64,000 nt of DNA from Deltaproteobacteria bacterium (GTDB lineage Bacteria; Myxococcota; SpSt-1050), in the NCBI GenBank assembly GCA_026416535.1, contig JAOAFA010000087.1, positions 5,438 to 69,437 of the forward strand, given 5' to 3'. A model generated the notes under the pieces. It did no database searches and was not told the origin of the DNA. It saw nothing but the letters and a program-made list of their open reading frames with translations. Both the position numbers and the translations under genes were made by a program. Numbering within the stretch: position 1 is the first letter of the stretch; every line of letters starts with the position of its first letter. Positions 30,074 through 39,193 of this stretch are shown here, in pieces.

Positions 30074-30883
30074 ATGAAAAAATATTATTTTGAGTACTTA
30101 GAGTATCCGGGCAAATATATGAACTTCGATAGGCTATCATCTCTTGTGAAAGATATTCGTGAATGTGCAGCTACCTGTTTTAACCCTCTTCCAGAGTATC
30201 AGTGCATAAAAGGTACTAGAGAGGAACTATCAGATAAAATAATCTCACTTGCTTACAGAGATGATGGCATTCTTGCAGGATTTTGTTCAACAGTTGTTTT
30301 GCCCGTAAAATTTATTGGCAAAGTTCTTCATTTAGGGCTTACCTGTGTTAGACCTGAGGACAGAGGTGCAAAGCTTACACATAAACTGATGACAAAGGTA
30401 CTAATAAATTATATCTTTAGAAAAAAACCTATTGGTAGATTGTGGATTACTAATTGTGCATGTGTGTTGTCGAGTTTAGGAAATGTGGCATTATATTTTG
30501 ACAATGTCTTTCCATCTCCATTTGGATTGCGAGAACCAACTTGGAAACATCATCTTATTGCTAATACAATTGATCACTACTATAGGGATAAGATGTATAT
30601 CCTACCAGATGCCAAATTTGACCCAGTGTATTTTGTCTTTAGGGGAAGTGTCATAAATACTCCATTTGAAAAGAAAGATGAGGATAAAAGATATTATCAT
30701 AGAATTGGTTTTTTAAACGATTTTTACAAAGGGATTATGAATATGAATAACGGAGATGAAGTTTTACAAGTGGGGACGGTTAGTGCCTTCAGTGTGTTCA
30801 AATATTATCACAGGCTTAGAAAGGCAAGGGCATTACTCAGGAATACCAATATAACATATGAAAACAAGCAATTGGTTGTGTAG
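30074..30883 (+). CDS. Hypothetical protein with GNAT-like acyl-CoA-binding motif
   Basis: LHLGLTCVRPEDRGAKLT resembles GNAT motif A; SD AGGAG. Confidence 0.6.
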   Translation: MKKYYFEYLEYPGKYMNFDRLSSLVKDIRECAATCFNPLPEYQCIKGTREELSDKIISLAYRDDGILAGFCSTVVLPVKFIGKVLHLGLTCVRPEDRGAKLTHKLMTKVLINYIFRKKPIGRLWITNCACVLSSLGNVALYFDNVFPSPFGLREPTWKHHLIANTIDHYYRDKMYILPDAKFDPVYFVFRGSVINTPFEKKDEDKRYYHRIGFLNDFYKGIMNMNNGDEVLQVGTVSAFSVFKYYHRLRKARALLRNTNITYENKQLVV

Positions 30884-30893
30884 GAGGTAAAGG

Positions 30894-31565
30894 ATGATAA
30901 GATATGAATTTTATTATTTCCCTGGAAAATACTTGGGCTATGATGACTTTAGTCATCTGGTTTCTGAAATGAGAAGGGTTGCATCATATGAAGGTATATC
31001 AATTGATACACCTGTAAGGGAATATCTTAAAGAGAAGATCGTTGTGATAGCTCGAAAGAAGGGATCTGCTGTAGCGTATCGAATGGCAGAGTTTATTAGG
31101 GTGCCTAAGAGCCTTGATGTTTTATTTGTACATAGCATCGTGAGTACACCAGCAGTCTTCAAAGGTGAGTATAATTATATCATGCTTAGCACTTTAGTTA
31201 ACAATCTAGTTGTGAGATTTCGAATTCTTGGAAATACATATGTCTGTTGTGTTAACGATAGTTTTTATGATATACATAAGTTTGAAAACGATTTTATAGA
31301 TGTGTTTCCTTCAATTGTACAAGATAACCAGCCCAGATCAGTTTATGTAAGTGTGTTCGAATATATAATTTCAAATAGAAGGGATGTATTGGGAATTTAC
31401 AATTCATCAGAGATCGATAGGTGTACATATTTCATAAACAATGAGAGAATCATTCAGATAGGAAAGACTAATTTTATTAAATGTATTTCCAATCTTATAA
31501 AAGGTAAATCAGTTAAAAAGTCAAGAGCTATACTAACACCAGATAACAACGTCCGCATTGCATAA
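30894..31565 (+). CDS. Diverged paralog of the upstream GNAT-like protein
   Basis: Shares PGKY...LV..R, VFPS and (I/L)Q(I/V)G blocks with 30074..30883; SD AGGAGG. Confidence 0.6.
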   Translation: MIRYEFYYFPGKYLGYDDFSHLVSEMRRVASYEGISIDTPVREYLKEKIVVIARKKGSAVAYRMAEFIRVPKSLDVLFVHSIVSTPAVFKGEYNYIMLSTLVNNLVVRFRILGNTYVCCVNDSFYDIHKFENDFIDVFPSIVQDNQPRSVYVSVFEYIISNRRDVLGIYNSSEIDRCTYFINNERIIQIGKTNFIKCISNLIKGKSVKKSRAILTPDNNVRIA

Positions 31566-31699
31566 ATTGATTATAAAGTGTAGCAAATTATGATCTTTTC
31601 TTAATAATAGCCCGGTTCTTAATCAAAGATTTAGTGAGTTTTTAAAATAGGATAATATTAGTAAGGTAAAGATATATGCACGTGTGGGAGGAGAGAGAT

Positions 31700-32449
31700 A
31701 TGATAGATTCATTAAGCAATTTTATAAATATTAAGTGTGGTGTGCAAAGATATACAAAGTCCTTGTCAACTTTATTTCAACCTATATACTCTGCAGAGTA
31801 TATGGAAATATTCGGGTATGAGGCTCTTACTAAGGTAGATGATAACAGTAATATTATGGTCGCTGACCTGTTTGCTTTGGCATTAGAGTCAAGAGAGATC
31901 CTGTTTTTGGATATGTACTGCCGACATATAGCCTTAAAAAATGCGAGCCTGAATGGTTTTAAAGACAGGCACTATCTGTTTTTAAATATATGTCCAGAGG
32001 TTTTACTTGATCCGCGGCATAAACCGCAAGTAACAGACCTTCTTGCCTCGAGGTATGGGATATCGAAGGAACATATAATCCTTGAAATTACAGAAGAGAG
32101 CGCAGTTAGAGATTACAAGACATTCTTGAAGGCAATAGATTATTATAGGACAAATGGATATAAGATAGCCATAGATGATTTTGGAGTGGGATTTGGTGGA
32201 CCCAAGATGTTGAGTGAGGTCAAGCCTGAGATTGTGAAGATAGATAAGTATTTTGTATCTACAGCGATTAATAATAAAATAAGTAGGAGCTTTATTAAAC
32301 TTATAGTAGAGCTATGCAATGAAACCAATATCCTTACTTTAGCAGAGGGTATTGAGAATCAGGATGAATTGGAGCTTATGATTAGACTAAGGGTAGACCT
32401 CTTGCAAGGTTATTTCTTGGGCCGCCCAGCCTCGAAGTTCAGAGAATAA
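31700..32449 (+). CDS. Stand-alone EAL domain c-di-GMP phosphodiesterase
   Basis: FQPI, YEAL, FLN, EITE, DDFG.G, KID, AEGIE, LQGY. Confidence 0.9.
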   Translation: MIDSLSNFINIKCGVQRYTKSLSTLFQPIYSAEYMEIFGYEALTKVDDNSNIMVADLFALALESREILFLDMYCRHIALKNASLNGFKDRHYLFLNICPEVLLDPRHKPQVTDLLASRYGISKEHIILEITEESAVRDYKTFLKAIDYYRTNGYKIAIDDFGVGFGGPKMLSEVKPEIVKIDKYFVSTAINNKISRSFIKLIVELCNETNILTLAEGIENQDELELMIRLRVDLLQGYFLGRPASKFRE

Positions 32450-32458
32450 AGATTATAA

Positions 32459-32932
32459 TTATTCCCCTTTTACTTGTGTAGTTAGAAATATTGGGAGAGT
32501 CATATGTGATATCTGATCCAAAAGTTCTTCTATCTCATCAATATGTCTATCTTCATCGCTTAATATGCCTTCAAGTATTTCTCTCGTAGCAAAATCGTTT
32601 ACATCGCCCGCGAGCTTAATTGCCTTATTGTATGCGACGATCGCTTCTTCTTCTGCCTTGTGGTCATTAGCCAATTGTTTGGATACATCAGAGCCTATGT
32701 TTATTTTATTTAATTCAGAGACTATTGGAATCCCCTCTAAGAAAATGATCCTTGCTATTAATTTTTCTGCATGTTTCATCTCTTCAATTGCTCTTTTTTC
32801 AAAGTGTTTATGGAGTTTTTCATAGCCCCAATTATCACACATCTCGGAATGAACCATATACTGGTTGATGGCTGTTAATTCATCTTTAAGTAGTGAATTG
32901 AGTGTCTGAATTAACTCCGTGTTACCTTTCAT
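32459..32932 (-). CDS. bfr: Bacterioferritin
   Basis: MKG...LN.LL..ELTAINQY..H, EEMKHA, EDRH ferroxidase pattern with heme Met. Confidence 0.93.
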   Translation of the reverse strand: MKGNTELIQTLNSLLKDELTAINQYMVHSEMCDNWGYEKLHKHFEKRAIEEMKHAEKLIARIIFLEGIPIVSELNKINIGSDVSKQLANDHKAEEEAIVAYNKAIKLAGDVNDFATREILEGILSDEDRHIDEIEELLDQISHMTLPIFLTTQVKGE

Positions 32933-32957
32933 ACAAGAACCTCCTTTTCTATAAAAA

Positions 32958-34100
32958 TTATTTTGGACAATTCTCGGATTTATAGCCGAGTTTACAAGCC
33001 TTTCTAAGTGCGTCTATAGATTCTTTTTGTTTTTTTGTATCAGCAAGTATTTTACTCATGAGAGCCCAACTTTGGAAGTTTGTTGGGTAGATATCTATTG
33101 ATTTTTTCAGGTGCATCATTGCAAATTCGTAGTCTTTGAGTTTGTAGAAGTATTCTGCAAATGCATAATAAGTAAGATAATGATTTGGGGAGCTTTCTAT
33201 CAAATCTCTAAGTTGCTCCTCAGCCTTGTTGAGTTCACCATCGGATATGAGCTTTTGAATCTCCGTGATATCTGGGGTAATTCCTTTACCACCAAGTTTT
33301 ACGTTCGATCCCAGTGCCTGTGCATCAGTACAGCTTGCCTGGACACCGAGTTTACAGGCCTGTTCAAATGCCTTTTTTGCCTCATCGAAGTTCCCAATAC
33401 TATTGTATGCCAATCCAAGCTTATCCCAGAGATTCCCATTCTTTTTGTTGATTTCTAATGCTAGTCTGTAATATTCGATAGCCTTGTCATAGTTGCCTTT
33501 CATAGACCATTCATAACCTGCCTCTTCAAGTGCCTTTGTGTGTTTGGGGTCAATGCTTACAGCCTGCTCAAATGCGATGAGTGCATCGTCGTATTTTGCC
33601 TGTGATTGGTAGATCTTGCCTTGTTGATAGTAATAATCTGCTGTGCCTTCTTTATAAGGGTTTTTCATAACTGGTTTACCTGTTGGTGAGTAGTAGCCTG
33701 GATTGAGGTCATTGCATGATGCCTTGACTCCGAGGTCACAAGCCTTTTTGAAAAATTCCTTAGCCTTCTCTGTGTTCCCCAAATTTTTGTAAATAATACC
33801 TGCCAAGTCAAGTGCACCAGGTAGGTTTGGCTTTAGTGTAATTACCTTTGTAATATTTTGAGCCGCCTCTTGATATTTGCCTTCCGAATTATAAATCTCT
33901 GCCAACTTCTTTAGAGCTCCAGTATGTTCTGGATTAATCGATATAATCTTGTTTAATAACTCTTTAGCCTTCTCTTTGAAACCAGCATAATAAAAGTCTT
34001 CTGCCTGAAAGTAGAGGTCCTCCAACGAGACCTTTTCCTTACCAGCTAACGCAAGGCAGGAAAGAATAATAAAAATAACCAAATAAAATAATCTTTTCAT
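32958..34100 (-). CDS. Secreted TPR protein with three Cys-capped modules
   Basis: Signal peptide; TPR repeats; AC(D/K)LG...C motif three times. Confidence 0.8.
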   Translation of the reverse strand: MKRLFYLVIFIILSCLALAGKEKVSLEDLYFQAEDFYYAGFKEKAKELLNKIISINPEHTGALKKLAEIYNSEGKYQEAAQNITKVITLKPNLPGALDLAGIIYKNLGNTEKAKEFFKKACDLGVKASCNDLNPGYYSPTGKPVMKNPYKEGTADYYYQQGKIYQSQAKYDDALIAFEQAVSIDPKHTKALEEAGYEWSMKGNYDKAIEYYRLALEINKKNGNLWDKLGLAYNSIGNFDEAKKAFEQACKLGVQASCTDAQALGSNVKLGGKGITPDITEIQKLISDGELNKAEEQLRDLIESSPNHYLTYYAFAEYFYKLKDYEFAMMHLKKSIDIYPTNFQSWALMSKILADTKKQKESIDALRKACKLGYKSENCPK

Positions 34101-34112
34101 CTCTTCTCCTCA

Positions 34113-34604
34113 TCATTTTTTGGATTTATCTTCTTCTCCCTTGAGTGTTTCTATCTCCCTCTTTATATCTTCCACTTTCCGTCTTAGATTTTCAACCTCT
34201 TCTTTTATTTCGGGGATTTGAGTAATTAAGGCTCTTTGGGATTTATATCCTAGTTCGGCAATAGTATCTTCCAATTGCTTTGTAAGTTCTTCTAACTTCT
34301 TTTTCTTTTCCTCATCTAATTTTTTTTTGTTCTCTTGAAGTTTCCTATTGTCTTCTTCTGTTTTATTATAATCTCTAACCATGTCTTTGTAGGCTGGGCG
34401 GGTATCTTGGAGGTCTACGGGAGGTGGTAACTTCTTTTTCTTTTCATAATCATTTATATGTTTCTCTCTGATTCCCTCTGGTAATTTATAGGGCGAGTCA
34501 ACAATGTGTTCGATACCGTTTTCATCAACATATCTATAGAGTTCCTGTCCGGCGACAGGAAGGCTAAGGAATGCGGTTATGATGAAACAAATGATGCTAA
34601 ACAC
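34113..34604 (-). CDS. DUF4124-like secreted protein with coiled coil
   Basis: Signal peptide; LYRYVDENGIEHIVDSP. Confidence 0.7.
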   Translation of the reverse strand: MFSIICFIITAFLSLPVAGQELYRYVDENGIEHIVDSPYKLPEGIREKHINDYEKKKKLPPPVDLQDTRPAYKDMVRDYNKTEEDNRKLQENKKKLDEEKKKKLEELTKQLEDTIAELGYKSQRALITQIPEIKEEVENLRRKVEDIKREIETLKGEEDKSKK

Positions 34605-35737
34605 TATTTCTGTTGTTTTTTGCCTTCTATTCTAAAAAAAGCCTCACCAGTTTCATGGGCGATATAATTGAGAATACTCAAATCATCGACGGTAAAAGCC
34701 CCATCACCTTTTTTATTTATTAACTCTATAGCACCAATTGTCTGTCCTTCGTATTGAATTGGTGCACAGAGGATCGATTTTGTGGGGAAACCTATGGATT
34801 TTGAAATCTTATCAAACCATCTCTTGTCCTTACTAACGTCAGATATTGCCAAACTTACGCCACGGTCAACGCAGAAACCAACAATTCCTTTTCCTATTGG
34901 TATTTTGTATTTTTTAATCTCTTCGCTTTTTGGTCCTCTGACAGCAATAAATGAGAGTTCGGTTTCAGATAGATCGGCGTACAATACAGACCCTGCCTCT
35001 ACACCAATCTTCTTCATAGCGAGATCAAGCATATAATTTGCAGCTTCTTCCCTCGAATTTGCTATGTTATAAACCTCGTAGACCTCAGAAAATAGTGAGG
35101 TCATTATGGATTCTATGTTAGATGAAAGTTGAGTATTCTTCCTGCCGACTTGCTTTTCCTCCTTTATCTCTTTTATCTCTTCAATATTAACCTCTACTTT
35201 TTTGGTAGGTTTCTCAATCGGCTGGTATTGAGCTATTTGTTTTGCAGATGGTGGCTTTGTAATCGGTTCTATTTTAATAGTTGGAGAGATAGGAGATATT
35301 GGGGGTTGGGACTCTTTTACTTCCTGTTTTTGGCTGGTTACACTGGGAGTGGCTGTGGTGGTCTTAATAGGAGGAGTCTCCGGATGTTGTAACGTAGGAG
35401 GTGTAGGAGTTGATACCTCCGGCTGTTGTGGTTTGGGTTGGGGAGTACAATGGGAGACGCTCGAGGTAGTTTGAGCTGGTTGTGTTTGAGTAGTTTGGAT
35501 AGGGAGACTCTCCTCGATCTCTTTGATTGAAAATGCCCTTCCTGTGTTTGGGTCAGTAATCTCAACAGATCCATCCTCCTTAAAGTCGCAAATAATGTTA
35601 GAACCAAGTTCTGTCTTCTCCCCTACCTTCTGTCTCCCAATTTGAAGAGCCATCATCCAGTTTTCAGCTTCAACCTTGATCTGAAGATTTGGTATACCTT
35701 GCGTGGATGAAGGGATATATACTAAAAATTTTGCCAT
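34604..35737 (-). CDS. GAF domain protein with Pro/Thr/Gln-rich linker
   Basis: C-terminal GKGIVG...DV.KD.RW...TKSILCAPI...GAIELINK...FT..D GAF signature; no output domain. Confidence 0.8.
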   Translation of the reverse strand: MAKFLVYIPSSTQGIPNLQIKVEAENWMMALQIGRQKVGEKTELGSNIICDFKEDGSVEITDPNTGRAFSIKEIEESLPIQTTQTQPAQTTSSVSHCTPQPKPQQPEVSTPTPPTLQHPETPPIKTTTATPSVTSQKQEVKESQPPISPISPTIKIEPITKPPSAKQIAQYQPIEKPTKKVEVNIEEIKEIKEEKQVGRKNTQLSSNIESIMTSLFSEVYEVYNIANSREEAANYMLDLAMKKIGVEAGSVLYADLSETELSFIAVRGPKSEEIKKYKIPIGKGIVGFCVDRGVSLAISDVSKDKRWFDKISKSIGFPTKSILCAPIQYEGQTIGAIELINKKGDGAFTVDDLSILNYIAHETGEAFFRIEGKKQQK

Positions 35738-35749
35738 AGTATTCTCCTC

Positions 35750-36310
35750 TTACTTCTTGTTTATGTAGGATTCAATTTCTAATAAAAAGTCCTTAAGCAA
35801 AACAGGTGATTCATTAGATGATTTCTCTATTCTCATCTTACCGTCTTTGTCAAAGACACCGAGTCCCAATTGTGAGATATCCCTGATTACCTTCTCTTCA
35901 CCAGTTGTCTCATCTTTTATAATTGAGAATTTGGCTTGGGATAGAGCTAAGAGGAACCTAAATTCCTCACCCTTTTTCAAAAACAGGATAACCCGTTCTC
36001 CCTCCTTTAGTTTTGCATCTCCGGTAATAAAGAGATGTTGGTTATTAACCTTTCCACCAATCTGGCGTATCTTTATCTCTTTCTCTTTTGCGCTACCTTT
36101 TATCCATTTTTCTACTACAATCGTTGTTATTGTATAGGGTGTTTGTTGTTTTTCATCAAAAGTATAGGATATCTCCTTTACACTACCTATTACTATTTCG
36201 TCGGCCTTTTCAGTCATCTCTTTATTTGTAAGCTTAAGTGCTACAGATGCAAATAGCATGTTATATATTGCTAGTGAAATTATGATTGCTAAATAATTTA
36301 TCTTTTTCAT
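35750..36310 (-). CDS. Secreted hypothetical protein
   Basis: Signal peptide; ADEIVIG.V...GG...GE.VILFL pattern; SD AGGAG. Confidence 0.65.
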   Translation of the reverse strand: MKKINYLAIIISLAIYNMLFASVALKLTNKEMTEKADEIVIGSVKEISYTFDEKQQTPYTITTIVVEKWIKGSAKEKEIKIRQIGGKVNNQHLFITGDAKLKEGERVILFLKKGEEFRFLLALSQAKFSIIKDETTGEEKVIRDISQLGLGVFDKDGKMRIEKSSNESPVLLKDFLLEIESYINKK

Positions 36311-36519
36311 TTTTGCTCTCCTATAAGACAAACCAATATCAGGCTAATTATATAAGTAAAACCTCTGATTAGTCAAATAAAATATTGTGGTTTGTGGTTA
36401 CTCTAAATAGAATATCTTCCTTATAGGTGAATTTTATATCGATATAAGAATAAAAGAGGTAAGTGCCTCACTATGTTCCAAAATACTGTTGAGTATCAAT
36501 CAAAAATGCTAATTGAGCT

Positions 36520-37245
36520 CTATTTAGAAAAAAGATGCTGCATTATTATTGCCGCAGAGACAGAGAGGTTGAGGGATAGTGACTCATCGGAAACGGGTAT
36601 TTTTACTACATAGTCGGAGAGATTAAGCAGCCTTCTATTTATTCCGGCATCCTCTCCTCCTATAATTACCACGAGAGGCGGTATTACATTAAGGCTTTTT
36701 ATGCTTATACTACCAGACATATCAAGTGAGATTATTTTATAGTGTGCCATTTTCAGTTCAAGTGTAACCTGGGGTAGATTATCCTCAATTGAGATACTAA
36801 TGTATTCAACGGCACCTGCTGATGCTTTTACTACGGAAGGTGTTATAGATACAGTATTTTTCCTGGTCAGAATAATCCCTTTAAATGAAAAGAGATATGC
36901 ACTCCTTATAACTGCACCAAGATTATGTGGGTCCTGAACATTGTTTACAATCAATATCCGATCATATTCTCTCTGATTCTCTATAAGCTCTTTGTAGGGG
37001 AGATACTTTATTGGTTCGCATATAGCGACGACACCCTGGTGTTCTCTACTCTTGGAGATATTCCCAAGAATATCTTTCTTAGCAAACCTTATGTCAAGCC
37101 TATGCTCTAATGCAATATCCTGAATCCTCTTTATAGCTGGATTTTTTGAACCACTGAGTAGATATAACCTTTTTATTCCCCTTCTCTTTGCTCTGAGAAG
37201 TTCATAAACAGGATTAACACCATATACAATTGATTCATTGCGCAT
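36520..37245 (-). CDS. rlmB: 23S rRNA (Gm2251)-2'-O-methyltransferase
   Basis: YGVNPV.E, HQGVVA, QDPHNLGA..RSA, KASAGA, SLNLSV (SPOUT fold). Confidence 0.88.
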   Translation of the reverse strand: MRNESIVYGVNPVYELLRAKRRGIKRLYLLSGSKNPAIKRIQDIALEHRLDIRFAKKDILGNISKSREHQGVVAICEPIKYLPYKELIENQREYDRILIVNNVQDPHNLGAVIRSAYLFSFKGIILTRKNTVSITPSVVKASAGAVEYISISIEDNLPQVTLELKMAHYKIISLDMSGSISIKSLNVIPPLVVIIGGEDAGINRRLLNLSDYVVKIPVSDESLSLNLSVSAAIIMQHLFSK

Positions 37246-37250
37246 TTATT

Positions 37251-37958
37251 TTATTCTCTATTGATAAGATGTTGCGTTAATCTATCCAAATTACTTTTTA
37301 TATCTCCCTCTATGAGCGATCTACCGACTACTATAAAATCTGCACCTGACTCAAACGCTGCCAGTGGGCTCTCAACCCTCTTCTGGTCAAGAGCAGGATC
37401 GCCGGGAAGCCTAATCCCTGGAGTAATAATCTTCAATCTGTTGCCCACAAGGGTCTTTACAAACCCAAGGTCTGAGGCTGAACAGACAATTCCATATATA
37501 CCTGTGTCAAGTGCTAGAGCAACCATATCAGTTATAGCCTCTCTAACTCCAGCTCTGAATCCAATGGATTTTACATCATCATCACTTAAACTAGTAAGGA
37601 TGGTTACACCTATGATTCCAGAAGTTGGAAGAATCTCTTTGAGGGTTTTTGTGGCGTCTCGGAGCATCTTCTCTCCACCGCCTACATGAACTGTTAAGAG
37701 GTCGAAACCGTATTTAGCTAGAGACTTTATAGCTGAGGAGACAGTGTTAGGAATATCACAGAGTTTCAGATCTAAAAAGATCTTAAACCCTTGTGCACGT
37801 GCGTATGGGATTATCTGCTCACCATATCCGAAGAAAGACTGCATCCCAATCTTTACGTATTCAAGACGACCTCTTGTTTCATCAATTACGATCTTTGCTT
37901 CCTCAAAGGTTGGCACATCAACAGCCGCAATTACCCTTTTCAGTAATTCCTTATTCAA
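37251..37958 (-). CDS. pyrF: Orotidine-5'-phosphate decarboxylase
   Basis: FLDLKLCDIPNTV, VTILTSL, TPGIR, DQKR, VVGR. Confidence 0.95.
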   Translation of the reverse strand: MNKELLKRVIAAVDVPTFEEAKIVIDETRGRLEYVKIGMQSFFGYGEQIIPYARAQGFKIFLDLKLCDIPNTVSSAIKSLAKYGFDLLTVHVGGGEKMLRDATKTLKEILPTSGIIGVTILTSLSDDDVKSIGFRAGVREAITDMVALALDTGIYGIVCSASDLGFVKTLVGNRLKIITPGIRLPGDPALDQKRVESPLAAFESGADFIVVGRSLIEGDIKSNLDRLTQHLINRE

Positions 37959-39193
37959 ATCAAGATACCTCCATTTCTGACACCTTCGTATAGTTTCGCA
38001 ATCTCTCTCAAGATATCATCCCTTTCAGACTCAGGTAGTCCATTTTTGACCTCAAATATACAGTAATTCAAAAGATTGGATAGGGAGTGAAGCAGCTCTC
38101 TCTCTGCCATTTCAAAATATAGTTCTTTTGCCTTATTATATAACTCACTAAGGTTACTTATATTGCCATCAATGTCAAATTGACAAAGCGATATAATCTC
38201 ATCTCCGTCGGGTGGCTGGGAGATATATGACTCAATATGGAGGGTACCAAATCTCCCCTTGCCTTCAAGCGCCTTGTATGAGATTTCCAATGCCTTCTTA
38301 ACTTTATTAATATAGTCTCGATACTTATTTGCCTCTTCTGACTTTGTTCCAATGATTTTGACGAAACCCGCTCTATAAAGTGATACAAGAAACCGCATAC
38401 AGTCATATTCGCCAAGTCTGCTCTCCTCTATAATTTGATTCACGGTTCGTCTGGAATCAACAAATGTGAGAATGTATTTCTCCTTTTCTGTAAGTTCTAT
38501 ATCAGGAGAAGGGCTTATCTGTGAAAGTATTGATTCTCCGTCAGAGATTATGCTCCTAAGTCTTGAGAGTTCACCATACTGCCTCATACCTTCCATGATT
38601 AGTTCAAGTGTGCTCTCCGAGAGCTTTACTGCATTGGTTAGATCTGGTTTCTTTTCTTCAAAGACGTAAAACCCGTCCTGATATGAAAACAGACTCAAAA
38701 ATATTGCCTTGACTTGCTGAGTTAGCCCCACATATATATCTCTTGGGGTAACAAGCTTTCTCTCCATCAATATCTCACCAAGTCTTGTTCCACTCTTTAC
38801 CTTATCGGCCACTTCAAGGAGAGTTTCTCTCGAGATTCTACCACTTCTAAAAAGGATATTACCAAGCCTATCCTCTTCAAGTTCCGAGATTGCGTATACA
38901 AGTTCTCCTCCCTGAAAGTAGAGTGCCTTTTTAAAGTTATCTTTTATAAAAGTTAAAACACCGTCTTTTCTGAGGGAATTGATCATGCCGATTATCTCGA
39001 CAAGGCCAAGGACAGATATATCTCCCATGAACATACTTTTCAAAGGTCGCTCTGAAGAATGTAATATGAATGTTTCCTGATTGATCCTTGTAAACTCGGC
39101 CTCACCTTTTTCATTAAAGGTTGAGAACAATTTCGATACACTATCTGGCAATATAATTCTATCTATATTGTCTTTCAAAATCTTAAATCTCAT
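37955..39193 (-). CDS. DUF4388 domain protein with tandem MshEN-like motifs
   Basis: GDIS..GL.EI...G.L...LYF..GE.VYA; RLGNIL and RLGEIL repeats; LIMEGMRQ. Confidence 0.75.
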   Translation of the reverse strand: MRFKILKDNIDRIILPDSVSKLFSTFNEKGEAEFTRINQETFILHSSERPLKSMFMGDISVLGLVEIIGMINSLRKDGVLTFIKDNFKKALYFQGGELVYAISELEEDRLGNILFRSGRISRETLLEVADKVKSGTRLGEILMERKLVTPRDIYVGLTQQVKAIFLSLFSYQDGFYVFEEKKPDLTNAVKLSESTLELIMEGMRQYGELSRLRSIISDGESILSQISPSPDIELTEKEKYILTFVDSRRTVNQIIEESRLGEYDCMRFLVSLYRAGFVKIIGTKSEEANKYRDYINKVKKALEISYKALEGKGRFGTLHIESYISQPPDGDEIISLCQFDIDGNISNLSELYNKAKELYFEMAERELLHSLSNLLNYCIFEVKNGLPESERDDILREIAKLYEGVRNGGILI

